Assembly (NCBI GenBank): GCA_951406725.2
Contig: OX597828.1
Span: 12,214,001-12,278,000 of the forward strand
Source of the DNA: Octopus vulgaris
Taxonomy: Eukaryota
DNA: 64,000 nt
Direction of reading: 5' to 3'
Of the stretch, positions 13,620 through 27,259 are shown one piece after another; the stretch's first letter is position 1; every line of letters begins with the position of its first letter. Under the pieces are notes generated by a model that did not search any database, had not been told where the DNA came from, and was given only the letters and a program-made list of their open reading frames with translations. The translations under genes and the position numbers were made by a program.

Positions 13620-13868
13620 AGGTACAAGTCCGGGGCAAGGTTGTTTATGGAAAACCAGCAGTCGCCCATGCATACCAGCCTCCCCTCTCCACGTCCCCGA
13701 TGTTATCCGAGGGAAAGGCAAAGACTGATACAGCTTGCCACCTGTGACGTCACAACTCATTTCCACAGCTGAGTGAACTGGAGCAACGTGAAATAAAGTA
13801 TCTTACTCGAGAACACAACTCACAGCCCGGTCTGGGATACGAACTCACTACCTCATGATTATGAGCCT
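13620..13868 (-). mobile_element. SINE related to family C (CTCCAGTTCACTCAGCTG core) with a different tail
   Basis: Shares the TTTATTTCAC.TTGCT.CAGT.CACTCAGCTG core with 38032-38343. Confidence 0.6.
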
Positions 13869-14581
13869 ATATATATACACACACACACAGAAAGAGAGAG
13901 CAAGAGGCGAGCTACTATTAGTTTCTTGCCATGAAGACATAAGGTACGTTATCAAGACCTCTCTAGCCACGTGTCTCCATGACAAGAAACTATTGATAGC
14001 TCTTATGTTCATACAGTGTACATCAAATGATATTTATCTCTCAATGGATGGGGTACCTTTTTGTTGGTCTTACCTTAATAAAACTGTAAACCCCCTCTCC
14101 CCCTCTCTATCTGTAATCTGACTTTCTTCATAACACAAGCACAAAATAGTTTGTTTTCTATACACAACTCCATTTACGAAAGAAACAAAATCAAAATTTG
14201 AATATTTATTCTTCTAAAGTAGATATTGTTTATAGGGGTAAATTCAAGACTCTTAAATGAAGAAATACCGTTTTTAAACATTCAAATCCATCACTACCCA
14301 CCCTATACGTGGGTGGCAATTATGGGGAATAACTATTTAACATATTCATTATAGAGTTATACCCCTTGTGAAGTATATCCGGCCTCACTGCCTAGCTCTT
14401 CCTTTTTTTTGTTTTTTTAATGTAATAAAATTAGGCTAAACAAATCCAAACGCTGCGCAATTGTCAAGCATGCTCGGGAAGCAAAAAAGTTGAGAGAACT
14501 ACTAAAGAAAACTAAGTTATATTCGTAGCTTTGAAACAGAACTGCTGTGCACAAAAGAAGAGACACACGCACTGACATGCA

Positions 14582-14636
14582 GACATACATATATATATAC
14601 ATACATACATACATACATACATACACATACATACAA

Positions 14637-14673
<37 letters not shown>

Positions 14674-15243
14674 TACATACATACATACATACATACATAC
14701 ATACATACATACATACATACATACATACATACATACATACGTACGTACGTGCATATATACATACATACATACAAACATATATACATGCATACATGCATAC
14801 ATGCATACATATGTACGTACGTGCATACATACATACATACATACACACATACATATATACATACATACACACATACATACATACACACATACATACATAC
14901 ATACATACATACATACACACATACATACACACATACATACATACACACATACATACACACATACATACATACACACATACATACACACACACATACATAC
15001 ATGCATACATACATACATACATACATACATACACACATACATACACACACACATGCATACATACATACATACATACATACACACATACATACATACATAC
15101 ATACACACATACATACACACATACATACACACACACATACATACATACATACACACATACATACATACATACATACATACATACATACATACATACGTAA
15201 GTGCATACATACATAGATACATGCATACATGCATACATACATA
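14582..15243. repeat. Long compound (CATA)n/(CA)n microsatellite
   Basis: Read directly from the sequence. Confidence 0.95.
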
Positions 15244-15244
15244 T

Positions 15245-15460
15245 TTTGTTTCAGTCATTAGACTGCGACCATGCTGGGGTAGCATCTTGAAGAACTTTTA
15301 GGAATCAACCTCAGTCCATTTTTCTTTTCTTTTCTTTTCTTTCTTTTTATGAGCCTGGTACTTATTCTATCGGCCCTCTTGCCGAACCGCTAACTTAAGG
15401 GGACATAAACACACCAACACCGTTCCTCGAGTGGTCACTGGGTACAAACACAGATAGAAA
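15245..15460 (-). mobile_element. SINE A tail
   Basis: Reverse complement of the family A tail. Confidence 0.7.
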
Positions 15461-16013
15461 CACGCAACGGCCCCTCTCACTCTCTCTCCCTACACACACA
15501 TATACACACAAACACACAGACACACACACACGAATACGAAATACGCTTATTGTCTGTTCACGTAAAGTTCCGTATTAAGCCGCAGGAAATATGAGTGCGG
15601 TCATCTGGTTTCCATGGTGTTCAGGTGACAGAGATTACAATATGACTCCTGAAAGAGATCCAGGTCCGTAGGTGATTAAACCTGGAGCAACGAGAAATGA
15701 AGTGTTTTACTTAAGAATAAAAATTGTGTGTGTGTGTGTCACGATATATATATATTCTGCTCTTAGAGTTAATGTGAAAGTGGCTGAGTACTCCACAAAC
15801 ACATTTACCCTTAACGTAGTTCTCGGGGAGATTCGGCGTAACACAGAGTGTGACAAGGCTGGCCCTTTGAAATAGAGGTGCAACAGAAACAGGAAGAAAG
15901 AGTGAGAGAAAGTTGTGGTGAAAGAGTACTGCACAGTTGGCCACTAGTGGAGAGTTTAGATGTTTTTGCTCAATAAACATTCACAATGCCCGGTCTGGGA
16001 ATTGAAATACACA

Positions 16014-16095
<82 letters not shown>

Positions 16096-16101
<6 letters not shown>

Positions 16102-16545
16102 ATTAGGGATTAAATCCAAACTTACAGGGAAAAATTAGATTTAAGAATAAATCAAATTTCACAGTATATATATATAAATTAAATTGGAGATAGAACTACT
16201 ATTAGGCAAATAAAACATTGAAAAACATAAACGAAAACATAAAAATAAATATAATTAATATAATATACAAAAAATATATAATTTAAATTATTAAATTTTA
16301 ATTTTTATATATTAATTTATATAAAAATTTACAAATATAAAAACTTTTAAATTTAATAATTTAAATTTTAAATTTTATATTTTTCGTATATTATACTAAT
16401 TATATTTATTTTTATGTTTTGGTTTATGTTTTTCACTGTTAGATTTGCCAAATAGTGGTTTTATCTCAATTTAATTTATATATATACTGTGAAATTTGAT
16501 TTATTCTTAAATCTAATTTTTCCCTGTAAGTATGGATTTAATCCC

Positions 16546-16555
<10 letters not shown>
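16096..16555. repeat. ~460-bp foldback palindrome between (TA)n tracts
   Basis: TATAATATTAGGGATTAAATCCAAACTTACAGGGAAAAATTAG... is mirrored at the right end; arms are ~190 bp. Confidence 0.9.
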
Positions 16556-16617
<62 letters not shown>

Positions 16618-16723
16618 TATACCGGAGTAAACACATAACTGTGAAACAAGGTGGAAAAAAGAGTACTCAAATACCAGTGGTAGAGTAATATGCTTTATTT
16701 AAAGCAGCAGAAAATTCTACAAA

Positions 16724-16765
16724 ACCTGTTACTCTGAGTTTCGCGTTGCCGTTCATCGGACAGAT
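16724..16765 (-). ncRNA. Minimal type I hammerhead-like motif (variant core CCGAUGA)
   Basis: Minus strand: ATCTGT-CCGATGA-A-CG-GCAA-CG-C-GAAACTC-A-GAGTA-ACAGGT. Confidence 0.65.
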
Positions 16766-16770
16766 TTTGC

Positions 16771-16802
<32 letters not shown>

Positions 16803-17271
16803 TGCATGTGTGTGTGTATGCGCTTAAGCACGTGAATGCGTGTCCTTGCATCTGCAAAATAGACCATTAAAATAAGTACGAGGTTTAAACAGATAAGTCG
16901 GTGGGGTAAGCTTGTGCGAGTAGAACACTCAAAGTCGTGCTCCAGAATGGCCGCTAGCATATGACTGAAACAAGTAAAAGAAAAGAATGTATATATACAC
17001 ACACGCGCACACGCGCACACACAGACACACACAGAAGCATACACGCACACGCACACGCACACACACACAAACAAGTAAACAAGTTCACGAAAGCATGCAC
17101 ACATAAGGATACACATATTAGAAGAACAGAATGGAGTAAGTGGAGCAAGAACACACACGAAAACGAAAGTGTCACTGAAGGGGTCACAGATGTGTGAGGA
17201 AAGATTTTTCGGACAACGGACATGAGTTAAAATAATAAAATAAGAACAGTAATAAATGAGTATATATATAT

Positions 17272-17345
<74 letters not shown>

Positions 17346-17979
17346 CGCACGTGTGTTTATTTAGCAGTAAAAAATTGCCGTCCCGAAATACAACAATATA
17401 TCTTATATCCGGATAAGAACACACTCTAAAGTATAAAGCAATTAAGTATTAAAAGTCTTGTCATGGAGTAACCAATGTTTCGGCATTCACGAAAGCGGCA
17501 TCTTACTCTATACAAAGACAAATTTAACTTTCCAACTCTCGGAGATGGAAATTTGTTACGGTCAACTCGTCAAAGAGTCATCGGAGGATAAAATTTCCGG
17601 CGTTGGCGACAGCAGGTTATTTCTCCTACACCACCCCACCTATTTCCTGGCCTGCTGACAGATCGTAAGGAATCTTATGAGCTTAATCTGCGAACAGGGA
17701 ATACCAAAATTTGCAGCAGGTAGCGCTTGAAATGGATACATTGTAAGAATATTTCTTCGGCGAGTGTTAAGCGAGCCAGGTCTGAGTTTTGAAGTATTCT
17801 GGCTCGTTCAGCTATGCAGAACTAGAAACACCAGCTCCTTTTAATGTAAGGGGCCCAGCCATTCTAATATCTTCCACTTGATCTTTGAGGCGTCCTACAT
17901 GAGCTGTCCACGACACTGCGGCTTTGGTGGGTGCGAAACCATTGGTCAGTCTATGACCAGATTTAAATTTTCGTGCTTT

Positions 17980-18050
<71 letters not shown>

Positions 18051-18160
18051 ACTGAGATCATCGTGACCGGCTATCATATGTTGGTACGCATCGCTGGTCA
18101 CAATGTGCTGCGCATTGTTTTAGCCTTCAAATGACGCCCCCCACTGGCTAAGCGAGCAGG

Positions 18161-18221
<61 letters not shown>

Positions 18222-18699
18222 GGAGAGGGATGCATGCATATATACATACACATATCTATATAAATAATTAAGTATGTATATGTGTTTGTGTATGTGTGTA
18301 TGGATGAATGTCTGTATGTATGTGTGTGTATGTATGTATGGATGGATGGATGACTGTATGAATTTTTTCACAAATTTCACATATTTCAAATATGTTTTTT
18401 TTAATTGCCCACGATCTTAACAAATCGAAAACAGCTGTCGCTACCCTGAATAGCAGAACGATCAAAATAAAGAAATTGGAAGAAAGATTTCTGACAACAC
18501 ATGTCAATATTTTATGAATTACATTCATTTGTAATATATAATATTAGCGTTTCTGAACAGAAGCTAAATTTAGTATAGAGGAACAGACGTCGTGACGAGA
18601 CAGACTGTGTTCTTGTTCTCTGTCTGAAACTTATGCTTATGATGTTCAGCTAACACTATATGCAAGATTATAATACTATCACTATATATATATATATAA

Positions 18700-18733
<34 letters not shown>

Positions 18734-20274
18734 CGTGTGTTTGTGTGTTTGTGTATGTGTGTTTGTGTGCGTGTATATATATATATATATATATGTATAA
18801 TATATACATATGTGTATATATATATGTGTGTATGTGTGTGTGTGCATATAATCATACGTATACATATACCTACATATCTGTATAATTATACCTATATATA
18901 TATATATACTATACGTATATATACCTATCTATAATACATTAAAAGGCTGTTTGAATCTTGCTTACTTGCTTGCAATTTTACCCAGCCAAACTGGAACATA
19001 ATGGGAAAATACTATGAATTAAGTTTATCCTGAAATGTTAATACGAATGGAATGAAACAATTTTCTCGTAAATCGGAGCGGTAGTTATTGAGATATTCGG
19101 GGTTTGGGGGTATAAATACCGAAAACGGTGCATAATGTGAAAATGTTCTGAAACATTCAAACAAGAGATGCTTCTAAAGAAGAAAACAAGAAGAAAAAAC
19201 AACGTTACAATAATTCGATGTGAAACAGGCGTAGATCAGATGTTAATAGTTTACTAAGTTTCCGATGGTGTACTTTTAAATTCCTACGGGATTTATTTTT
19301 TGAAATATGGACATAAAGAAAAAAATCTCATTCCTCGAATTTATGTATTCGTTGGAAGTTCTCATGTGTTTTAATAGATAAAGTTTTTGAAGCAAACACA
19401 TTGAATATATTTAGACCCGTTAAAAATCCAAACCTTATATTAACGTATCTAATAAATGTTCAGCGTATTCACTTTTAAAGCTGTATCTGTTAAAATACTT
19501 GAGAATCTCCAATGAATATTCAAATTCGAGGAACGAGATTTATTGTCTTTATTGATACTTCAAAAATGTAGAAGTGTTTGCTGATCATGATCCTAGAATT
19601 GAACGCAATATAAAAAATACAGAAGCACTTTCCAATGAACGCTGTTCCTACACTGTATGGTACAAAGAGATAAGGTGTCATAAACAAGAATCTAATCCCG
19701 TTTATTTCAGACGACTGGGAGCGTTGTGGATGCTGGAGCTTTTAAACATTAACAGAATAAATATAATAGATTTCTCAGTCCGAAATTCTGACTGAACTCT
19801 ACACTCTGCATCTATAATATGGAACTCGCCATACCAGTAAAATACTGAGGTTAAAGCAATCTATTGCGTACCATCTAATAAAACAAGTTCCTCCTCAAAA
19901 TATATCCTCATACATCCCCAAATATATAAAGAAATACTTCTAAATATTTTGTGATTTTGGAAAGGAGTTAACACGGAAAGCAGGAAGAGTTGTTAGGAAG
20001 TTCGACAAAATGGTAAACGATATTTCTTATAGCTGTTTATGTCCTGTATTCAAATACTGATGAGGATAACTTTGCCTTTAGTTCTTTCGGGGTCGATAAA
20101 ATGAGTAAATATAAAATGTTGTGGTTTATGTGATCACCTAGCCCCCTCCCATCACAATTGCTGCCTTTGAGTTAAAAATTACAAAGAATTATTTTGAAAA
20201 GAATTAAGACGGTTGGCATAACGAAAACAGAAGAATGAAATGTATTCTTCGTTACATTATTATTATGATAGCAA

Positions 20275-20445
20275 AAGGCGATGAGCTGGCAGAATCATTA
20301 GCACGCTGGACAAAATGCTTAGCGACATTTTTCCGTCTTTACCTTGTGAATTCAAATTCAACCGGGGTCGATAAAATAAGTATAGCTGGAATCGTTGACC
20401 CTCTCCCACAAAATTTCAGGCCTTTTGTCTGTAATAGAAAGGAAT
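20275..20445 (+). mobile_element. SINE family B (AGGCGG.GAGCTGGCAGAA head)
   Basis: Matches 58847-59065. Older copies lie at ~19990-20190, 21528-21720 and 21770-22130. Confidence 0.7.
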
Positions 20446-20822
20446 ATTGTGAGATCCAGTTGGCCTTGGGTATACTTTGATTTTGCTCTGCACTGTGTGT
20501 AAAATAATTCCTGCAATGGCTTTGCGAAACGATTCAACTAATTACAATTCATTCCCCGTTATTATAGATCTTGCATCTTGTTTCCTACCAAATTTCGGTC
20601 TCATATCCAATCAAAATGAAAAGCCAATAACTCAAGATTTTAAGGCACACATCAGAAATCAATATCTATTGTGTACAACATACATTAGAACATGTCAAAC
20701 ATTGCTACATAGAAAGATATCAAACTCTACTTGCATAATTACGGTTGGAAGATATCGAGTACTGCTTTTATGACTGACTTGCAAATGCATTGATATGGTT
20801 TACTATTTATTATAGGGTGTAA

Positions 20823-20953
20823 ACTCAGAGCCACCGGGTATTCTTCGCTACCACGCAAGTTACAAATTTGGTTGCCAATAATAACAATTATTCTCAAGAA
20901 GTTACCTATAATGTCAACTTACCTGAAGCGGCGTTGATATCCAGTTTCAAAAT
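20823..20953 (+). pseudogene. ITIH: ITIH-like gene, VIT-domain exon A
   Basis: FATTQVTNLVANNNNYSQEVTYNVNLPEAALISSFKM resembles the ITIH VIT motif (RFA..V.N..EV.F.V.LP..AFI.NF.M). Donor AT|GTATGT; 5' boundary uncertain. Confidence 0.75.
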
Positions 20954-21044
20954 GTATGTATTTTATACTGACGTTAAAACGAACTATAATCTTCGATTAC
21001 ATTATCGAATAATAACAATATATTTCTGCTTTCTTTATAAACAG

Positions 21045-21156
21045 GGTGATCGATGGTGTTGAATATCCGGGTGAAGTTAAAGAAAAGGAACAAGCTAGAA
21101 AGATGTACAGAAAAGCCAAACAGAAAGGTCAGATCGCAGGTCATGTTGCCAAATAA
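21045..21156 (+). pseudogene. ITIH: ITIH-like gene, VIT-domain exon B
   Basis: Acceptor AAACAG|, in phase with exon A. VIDGVEYPGEVKEKEQARKMYRKAKQKGQIAGHVAK* has an in-frame TAA just before the GT donor. Confidence 0.85.
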
Positions 21157-22462
21157 GTATCTTTTGTACGAAATTATGTTTTATCGGTCGAAATCAAAAC
21201 ATCTCCACCTTTAAGTTTGAAACAAAACACCAAACCCAATCCGAGCAATCAGTTCATTACGTCTGCTTTCCCAGATTCTGAGTGGTACTTCACCATCGGG
21301 AAGCTAGTTTGTCGCAGAATTGCTGATTATCGCCAGCTGCGTGGACTGGAGCAACAATAAACAAAGTGTTTTGCTCAGGAATCACTACAACCAGCTTGGT
21401 CCAGGAATCGAAGCCATAATCTTACGTCATGAGAACAATATACATAATCACTAAACCAAGCACCTCTACAATTCAGGTTTAAGAAATAATGAATATAGTT
21501 CCTTTTGTTTATGACATGAATTTTAAAGGCGGCGATCTGGTAGGATCGCTGACGACTCAGACAAAATCCTTCGTATTTCTCTTGCCTCCTTATAGTCTAG
21601 ATTCAAATTCTGCCGAGACTGATTTTGCAGTTCATCCTTAAGGATTCAATCATGTAAGTACCAGTTGAACACTTAGCTTCACCCTTAATTTTGCTGGTCT
21701 TGTGCTAAATTTTCCAATATTTGTTGATTTCGGTTTGCATGGATTTGTTCCGTCACTTTACATTGTGTGTTTAACTCCATTCGAAGTCAGCTTTACCTTC
21801 GGGTTCGACAAAATAAAGTACCAGTGAAATACTTTGATTGATGTTATCGACTGTACCCTTCTAAAAATTGCTATCTTTGTGCCTAAATTATAAGCAATTG
21901 TTAAATTATTATTTCTCGGTGTTTGTATGGATAGAATAGTTGCAGCGTCGGGCACAATAACCTGCAGTATTAGTTCCGGCACTTTGCGTTTTGAGTCCAA
22001 ATCGTGGTGAGGTTAACTTAAACTTTCAAACTTCCAGCTCGAAAATATAGGGTACCGGTGAAGTATTGAGTTCCATTTAATTAACAAACTACCCTCTTTC
22101 CCTAAATTTTCTGATATTGTGACTGCATAAGAAATGCTCGAGTTAACAGTCTCTTTTCGTCTATTACATTTACTTTCACATAATTGTTACATAAATCGAA
22201 TATAAATATACCACAGTAGTAGATTTATTGTATCGGTCTCTTTTGACAAACCACTAAGTTACAGTGCCAAAAAAATTCCATTATAGGTGGTCAAGTGATG
22301 AGAGACTACTCCAGACACAAAGATGCAGAAGCACACACATTAAAATAAGTACGAGGTTTAAACAGATAAATCGGTGGGTTAGGCTTATGCGACTAGAACT
22401 CTCAAAGCCGTGCTCCAGAATGGCCGCTAGCATATGACTGAAACAAGTAAAAGCAAAGAATA

Positions 22463-22535
<73 letters not shown>

Positions 22536-22824
22536 CTCTCTCTATATATATATATGTGTGTGTGTGTGTATATATATACACGCACACACACGCACACACA
22601 CACACATGCACGTACACACATGACTAGATTCCACACGTTTTCCATTAATCAATTTCACAAGGCATAAGTCATCTTGGAGAAAACTGGAGAAGACACTTGA
22701 CAAAAGCAGTGAGGTCAGCTTGAATGTGAAACCACGTAGCAGCGAAATGATCTTCTGTAACCACTGCTGATCAGTAAATTAATCAGTAAACTGATCAATA
22801 CATTGATCAGTAAATCTATCTATC

Positions 22825-22935
22825 CATCCGCTCAGTCGAAGTCGACTCTCGGTCACTCGTTGGATCAGTGTCCTCCAGTTAGTTCTATCCTGGGCCTTTT
22901 CTTTCAGATTGACTATGTTCATTCTGGTATACTCT
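22825..22935 (-). mobile_element. 3' tip of an RTE/BovB-like LINE
   Basis: LKEKAQDRTNWRTLIQRVTESRLRLSG matches the RTE C-terminal DR..W...V..SR.RL motif. Confidence 0.65.
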
Positions 22936-22999
22936 AAATAATACCTTGTTTTAATATTCAATTCAAAATACTATATTTTATGCAGTATTTAATATTCAG

Positions 23000-23256
23000 A
23001 CCACGAGCTACAAACAAATTCAAAGTTAATATCAACGTTGCGGCAATGAAAAATGTGAAGTTTGAACTTCGGTACCAGGAGTTATTAAGAAGAAAATTTG
23101 GTTTGTGTCAACATTCTCTCTACGTGATTCCCCATCAACCTGTTCAAGATCTAAAAATACAAGTCTATATAGAAGAATCTAAAGAAATTCGTACTCGGCG
23201 AGTACCACCTTTCTGCTTCATTGACACAACATATTTTGAAGAAATACCAGCCTCGT
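23000..23256 (+). pseudogene. ITIH: ITIH-like gene, exon C
   Basis: Acceptor TTCAG|. PRATNKFKVNINVAAMKNVKFELRYQELLRRKFG...PHQPVQDLKIQVYIEE matches the ITIH pattern F.V.VNVAA...V.FEL.Y.ELL.R. Confidence 0.85.
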
Positions 23257-23809
23257 GTGAATATTATGTCACGAATGTTCTGTGTGGAAAAAGGGATTCA
23301 TTTTTGATAAATATTTTCAGTAAATGCATACTTAAGTTTATCAAAGTATTCTATATTTGATGGAAATTTTTTAATATAAATATTATCACAAGCATTCTAT
23401 ATATAAAATATATTTCTAAGAATCTTTTTCAAACTAGAAAGATCTACAAAGATACTATAGGCTCATTGGCTTTTCGTTGTGTATATATGTATATATGTCT
23501 CAGAATTGACCGGATCAAAACGTACCTGACCTGATCTTCTGTGAGCCATATAAAGCAGTCTAATCTTTTCAGAGTTAATCTGTCGGTGATTAAACTGGTT
23601 ATGTGAGAAATAGACGGATATTTAAGCTGTCCAAAGAGACTATGCGATTGCATCATAGAGAGCATATACCAGCCATTCAAAAAGAAAAATGTTAATTTCA
23701 CTTAAACATTTATCATTTAGAGTTAAAATTTTCGTCGCATAAACAACGACTTGGTCTTTGACTTGATATCACATATCTAGTTCTTTTGTGAGGTTGTTAA
23801 TTGCTGAAG

Positions 23810-23984
23810 CACTACCTTAAAGGGTTTTAGTCATGAAATCTACCCCCAGGACTTATTCTTTTTAAGCCTAGTAATTATTCCATCGGTCTCTTTTGCCGAA
23901 TCGCTAGGTTACGGGGATCTTGATGCACCAGCATCGGTTGTCAAGCGATGGTGGGGGGACAAACACAGACACATACACACACAC

Positions 23985-24060
<76 letters not shown>

Positions 24061-24215
24061 GTTTCATTCAGTTTCCGTCTACCAAATCCACTCACAAGAC
24101 TGGTCGGCCCAAGGCGATAGTAGAAGATATTTGCCTCAGGTGCCACGCAGTGGGACTGAATCTGGAACCATGTGGTTGGGAAGCAAGCTCCTTACCACAT
24201 AGCCACGCCTGCGCC
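23810..24215 (-). mobile_element. SINE family A
   Basis: Reverse complement of head, body and tail, with central (TA)n. Confidence 0.85.
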
Positions 24216-24511
24216 TATATATAGGATTATGAATTGTTACAATTGAATAACTGCTTTAGTGTGTTTCGTGTATTTTGGGGCGGGTAGTATGAGTTTTCCA
24301 TACTGCAATCGTTTTACTTCCAGCATACACTCTCAGATCAAACAACTTGCCTGGCGATTGCACCTCCGATAATTATTACACCTGTGTACAATGTCGAATT
24401 TACTCAACAAAACGTCAATACTCTCCAATAAACCTACAAATAGAGCAGGGCCTCATTAAGACTTTTGAATCGAACATTCCTGATTCTCTTGGCATCTCTG
24501 CAACTGATTGT

Positions 24512-24954
24512 GGATCTTTTCGGTTTGAACGGCAGTTTTTTAAAATAATTTCCACGTAACTAAACACTTTTAAACTCCGTATACTGGTAGAATGTGTTTA
24601 TAAAACATCTTTTTCTCTTGGCTTTATTGAAAAAATTCTATAGTTTCTAAGATATTTGTTGTTGTTTTTTCTTCAATTTTTGCAATTTCAACCAATCAGT
24701 GACGTCTATTGAGTTAAAAAGCATTCTGTGCCGTATGAATATGTCCCTCGTTTAAGAAACAGATTGGGTTTATTTACATTTCTGAAGAAAAAAAATGCCC
24801 TTCCCCCACCCCTAACCCTAACCCCAACTAACCCTAACTAACCTTAACCCTAAAACAGATTGAAATGCAATAGATCGATACTAGGGTCATAATTATGGGG
24901 AACAATTTCATATGACACCACTAGAAAAAAGTGCCGTTCAAACCGAAAAGATCC
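24512..24954. mobile_element. GG-terminated MITE, copy 3
   Basis: TIRs; perfect TSD CTGATTGT on both sides. Confidence 0.92.
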
Positions 24955-25495
24955 CTGATTGTCTCTCTCGAACGCACTAAACTTGCTTCTTGCTGACCCA
25001 GAGATACACAAGCGGTAGTAACCCCTTGATAATTGTGAGGATGTCCTAAGGTGGCATAAAATACTACTGGCAAAGATTATCATTGTCTCCTGTTAGAAAC
25101 ATCGTTAGAAACAACAGATCCGTGTCGTCTCTGTTAGTCCAACCCAGTTACCGGAAATTGGAAAAAAAAATCAACTATGATATTCTAATTCGTATGGGTT
25201 ATCAACTATGATAGTATGATAGCGGACATCAGCTGTAATAAACTATTTTCATGGCCTGAAGGAAATTGAACCATTATCTGAATAGCGTCACAAAACCGTA
25301 ACGAAATTGCGATGCTCGAGAATCCAGTGTGGGGGACACAAACGTTTGCTTAAATAAGGTTATAGATATTTAGAGTGACATAAGTAAGCAGCGTCAAGCA
25401 TATTAGGAACACACGTAAAAAAGTCTACAGGTCAAAAGAGGCATTTCTGAATTCATGACCGCAAACCTGAAAGACTTGTGTGTGTATGTTTGTGT

Positions 25496-25541
<46 letters not shown>

Positions 25542-26865
25542 GCATGTGCGTGTGTGTGTGTGTGTGTGTGTTTGTGTGTGTGTGTGCCTGCTTGTGTGCG
25601 TGTGTGAATGTGTGTGTATGCCTGATGGTGCTTGTGCGTGTGCTTGCACGTCGTAGCTGTCCAGGTCACAGGAAAATATTTTTTCTACAAATCGGTGTGA
25701 AGTTAGCAGATAATTCGAATCTGACCGAGACACCGAAAAATCTGCTGCCGATCAATATTATAGTATAATATAGAAGTCATTTCTTGACATGTTATTGTAA
25801 TTAGTGAAGTTTTAATTAATTTTTCTGTAAATCTTACAATGAATAGATCTAAAGTAAAAACTCTAGAGAAGTGATAGTTCAGACAATACTGAACAGCTTT
25901 AGAAAAATTAGATGGAGGAGAATTATTGATGTGGAACCAACGAATAAATGGGTTGAGTAATTCCAGGATTCATTAATTCCAACCAACCGCAGATATAAAC
26001 AATATGTTTGTAGAACCAGTGATTAGCTAATGGAAGAATCCCGCTGTTGTTGCCTAACAAGTTAGTCTTGATCGAGCGGAGATATTATCAAAGGGATTTC
26101 AGATTTTAATGTCCAGATATCCAGACAGTCAGATGTAACTTTGACCTTATCTGCAGAGAACCTGGGAGTGTATTACCTTAAGCATACTTCAGATACTATA
26201 GCACTTGGTGTGAGTTGGTGGGATTTTTGTAGCTATTTCTAGCATCTCTTGTGACCACGTAGAGGTTTCTTTGATGTAGAAGTTACCACATTAATCGTAG
26301 TTGTAGGCGCTTTGGTCACAAACAATATTGATATATTTCTGAAGTTGTGGCATTACACTTCACAACTCTCCGTCGCTCTTTCGCAATATGCTGATATAGC
26401 TTGTAAACCATGTACAACACACTCCTCAGCACCCGTTTGTTACAATACTGGGGAACATGAAAGAGTGATGTCCATATGTCAAACAGAAATGTAAATTAAG
26501 TGATATTATTTGATTCTATATTATTTCCCGATTCGATATTATTTCCTGATAAATGTATGTCAATTTATTTTATTAAAAATTACTAGAATTCAAATTATTT
26601 TCAAATCAGCCTAGAAAAAGACGAGAAGGGCAGAGTGGAAACCAAGCATCAAAATGATATACTTGCATCAATTAACTCCACTAAAGTTAAACAACATTTG
26701 TCTTATTAGTCTGTTAGTCTAATCGTTGTTGACGATGTTGCAGTTGTTGTTTCGCTAGGGTTAATCCTTGATCAAGCAAACCTATGATAAACACATCCCA
26801 GCCATGCCACTCCCCTCTTTACTTTTGTCACAGAGTTTATCTGGGACTATATCATATCCAATGTG

Positions 26866-26988
26866 ACCATCCTCTCTTAAGAAGGCAGGGTATCATTACG
26901 AGAGGTAACCGTCCTCTCCTAAGATGGCAGGGTGTTATTACGAGAGGTAACCATCCTCTCAAGAGGACAGGGTGTTATTACGAGAGGT
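26866..26988. repeat. ~40-bp minisatellite, three copies
   Basis: ACCATCCTCTC..AAGA.GGCAGGGTGTTATTACGAGAGGT repeated. Confidence 0.8.
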
Positions 26989-27259
26989 TCCACTACTATT
27001 ATAATATTGACCATATATTATCAGTGCAGATACCCAGAAAATAAACACCAAACAAAGATTAGAGATCAAAGCGTTCACAATGTATTGAATATAATACAAT
27101 ATAATAAAATTATTCATTTCTGAAGGAGAATTTGTTCGAGCAAAATGTCTGTGTTTTACACCTGCATCTATGAACATTCATAATCTTCTTACACATTTAC
27201 ATATTTAATTGTTTATAGAATGTAACATATGTATCTTAGTAAATGAGATTTTCAATTTT

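Noticed and set aside
14417-15301. Long ORFs rich in YVCM/HTYI (also near 1.2, 35, 38.7, 42.4, 46.5-47.9 and 60 kb)
   Set aside because: They are translations of (CATA)n, (TA)n and (CA)n microsatellites, which lack stop codons.
17458-17970. Possible CR1/L2 RT tail on the minus strand
   Set aside because: Only faint motif echoes; a profile search is needed.
25845-25955. Possible ITIH VWA exon remnant (KVKTL/REVIVQTILNSFRK)
   Set aside because: Needs a frameshift, lacks the DxSxS motif, and the similarity is too weak to call by eye.
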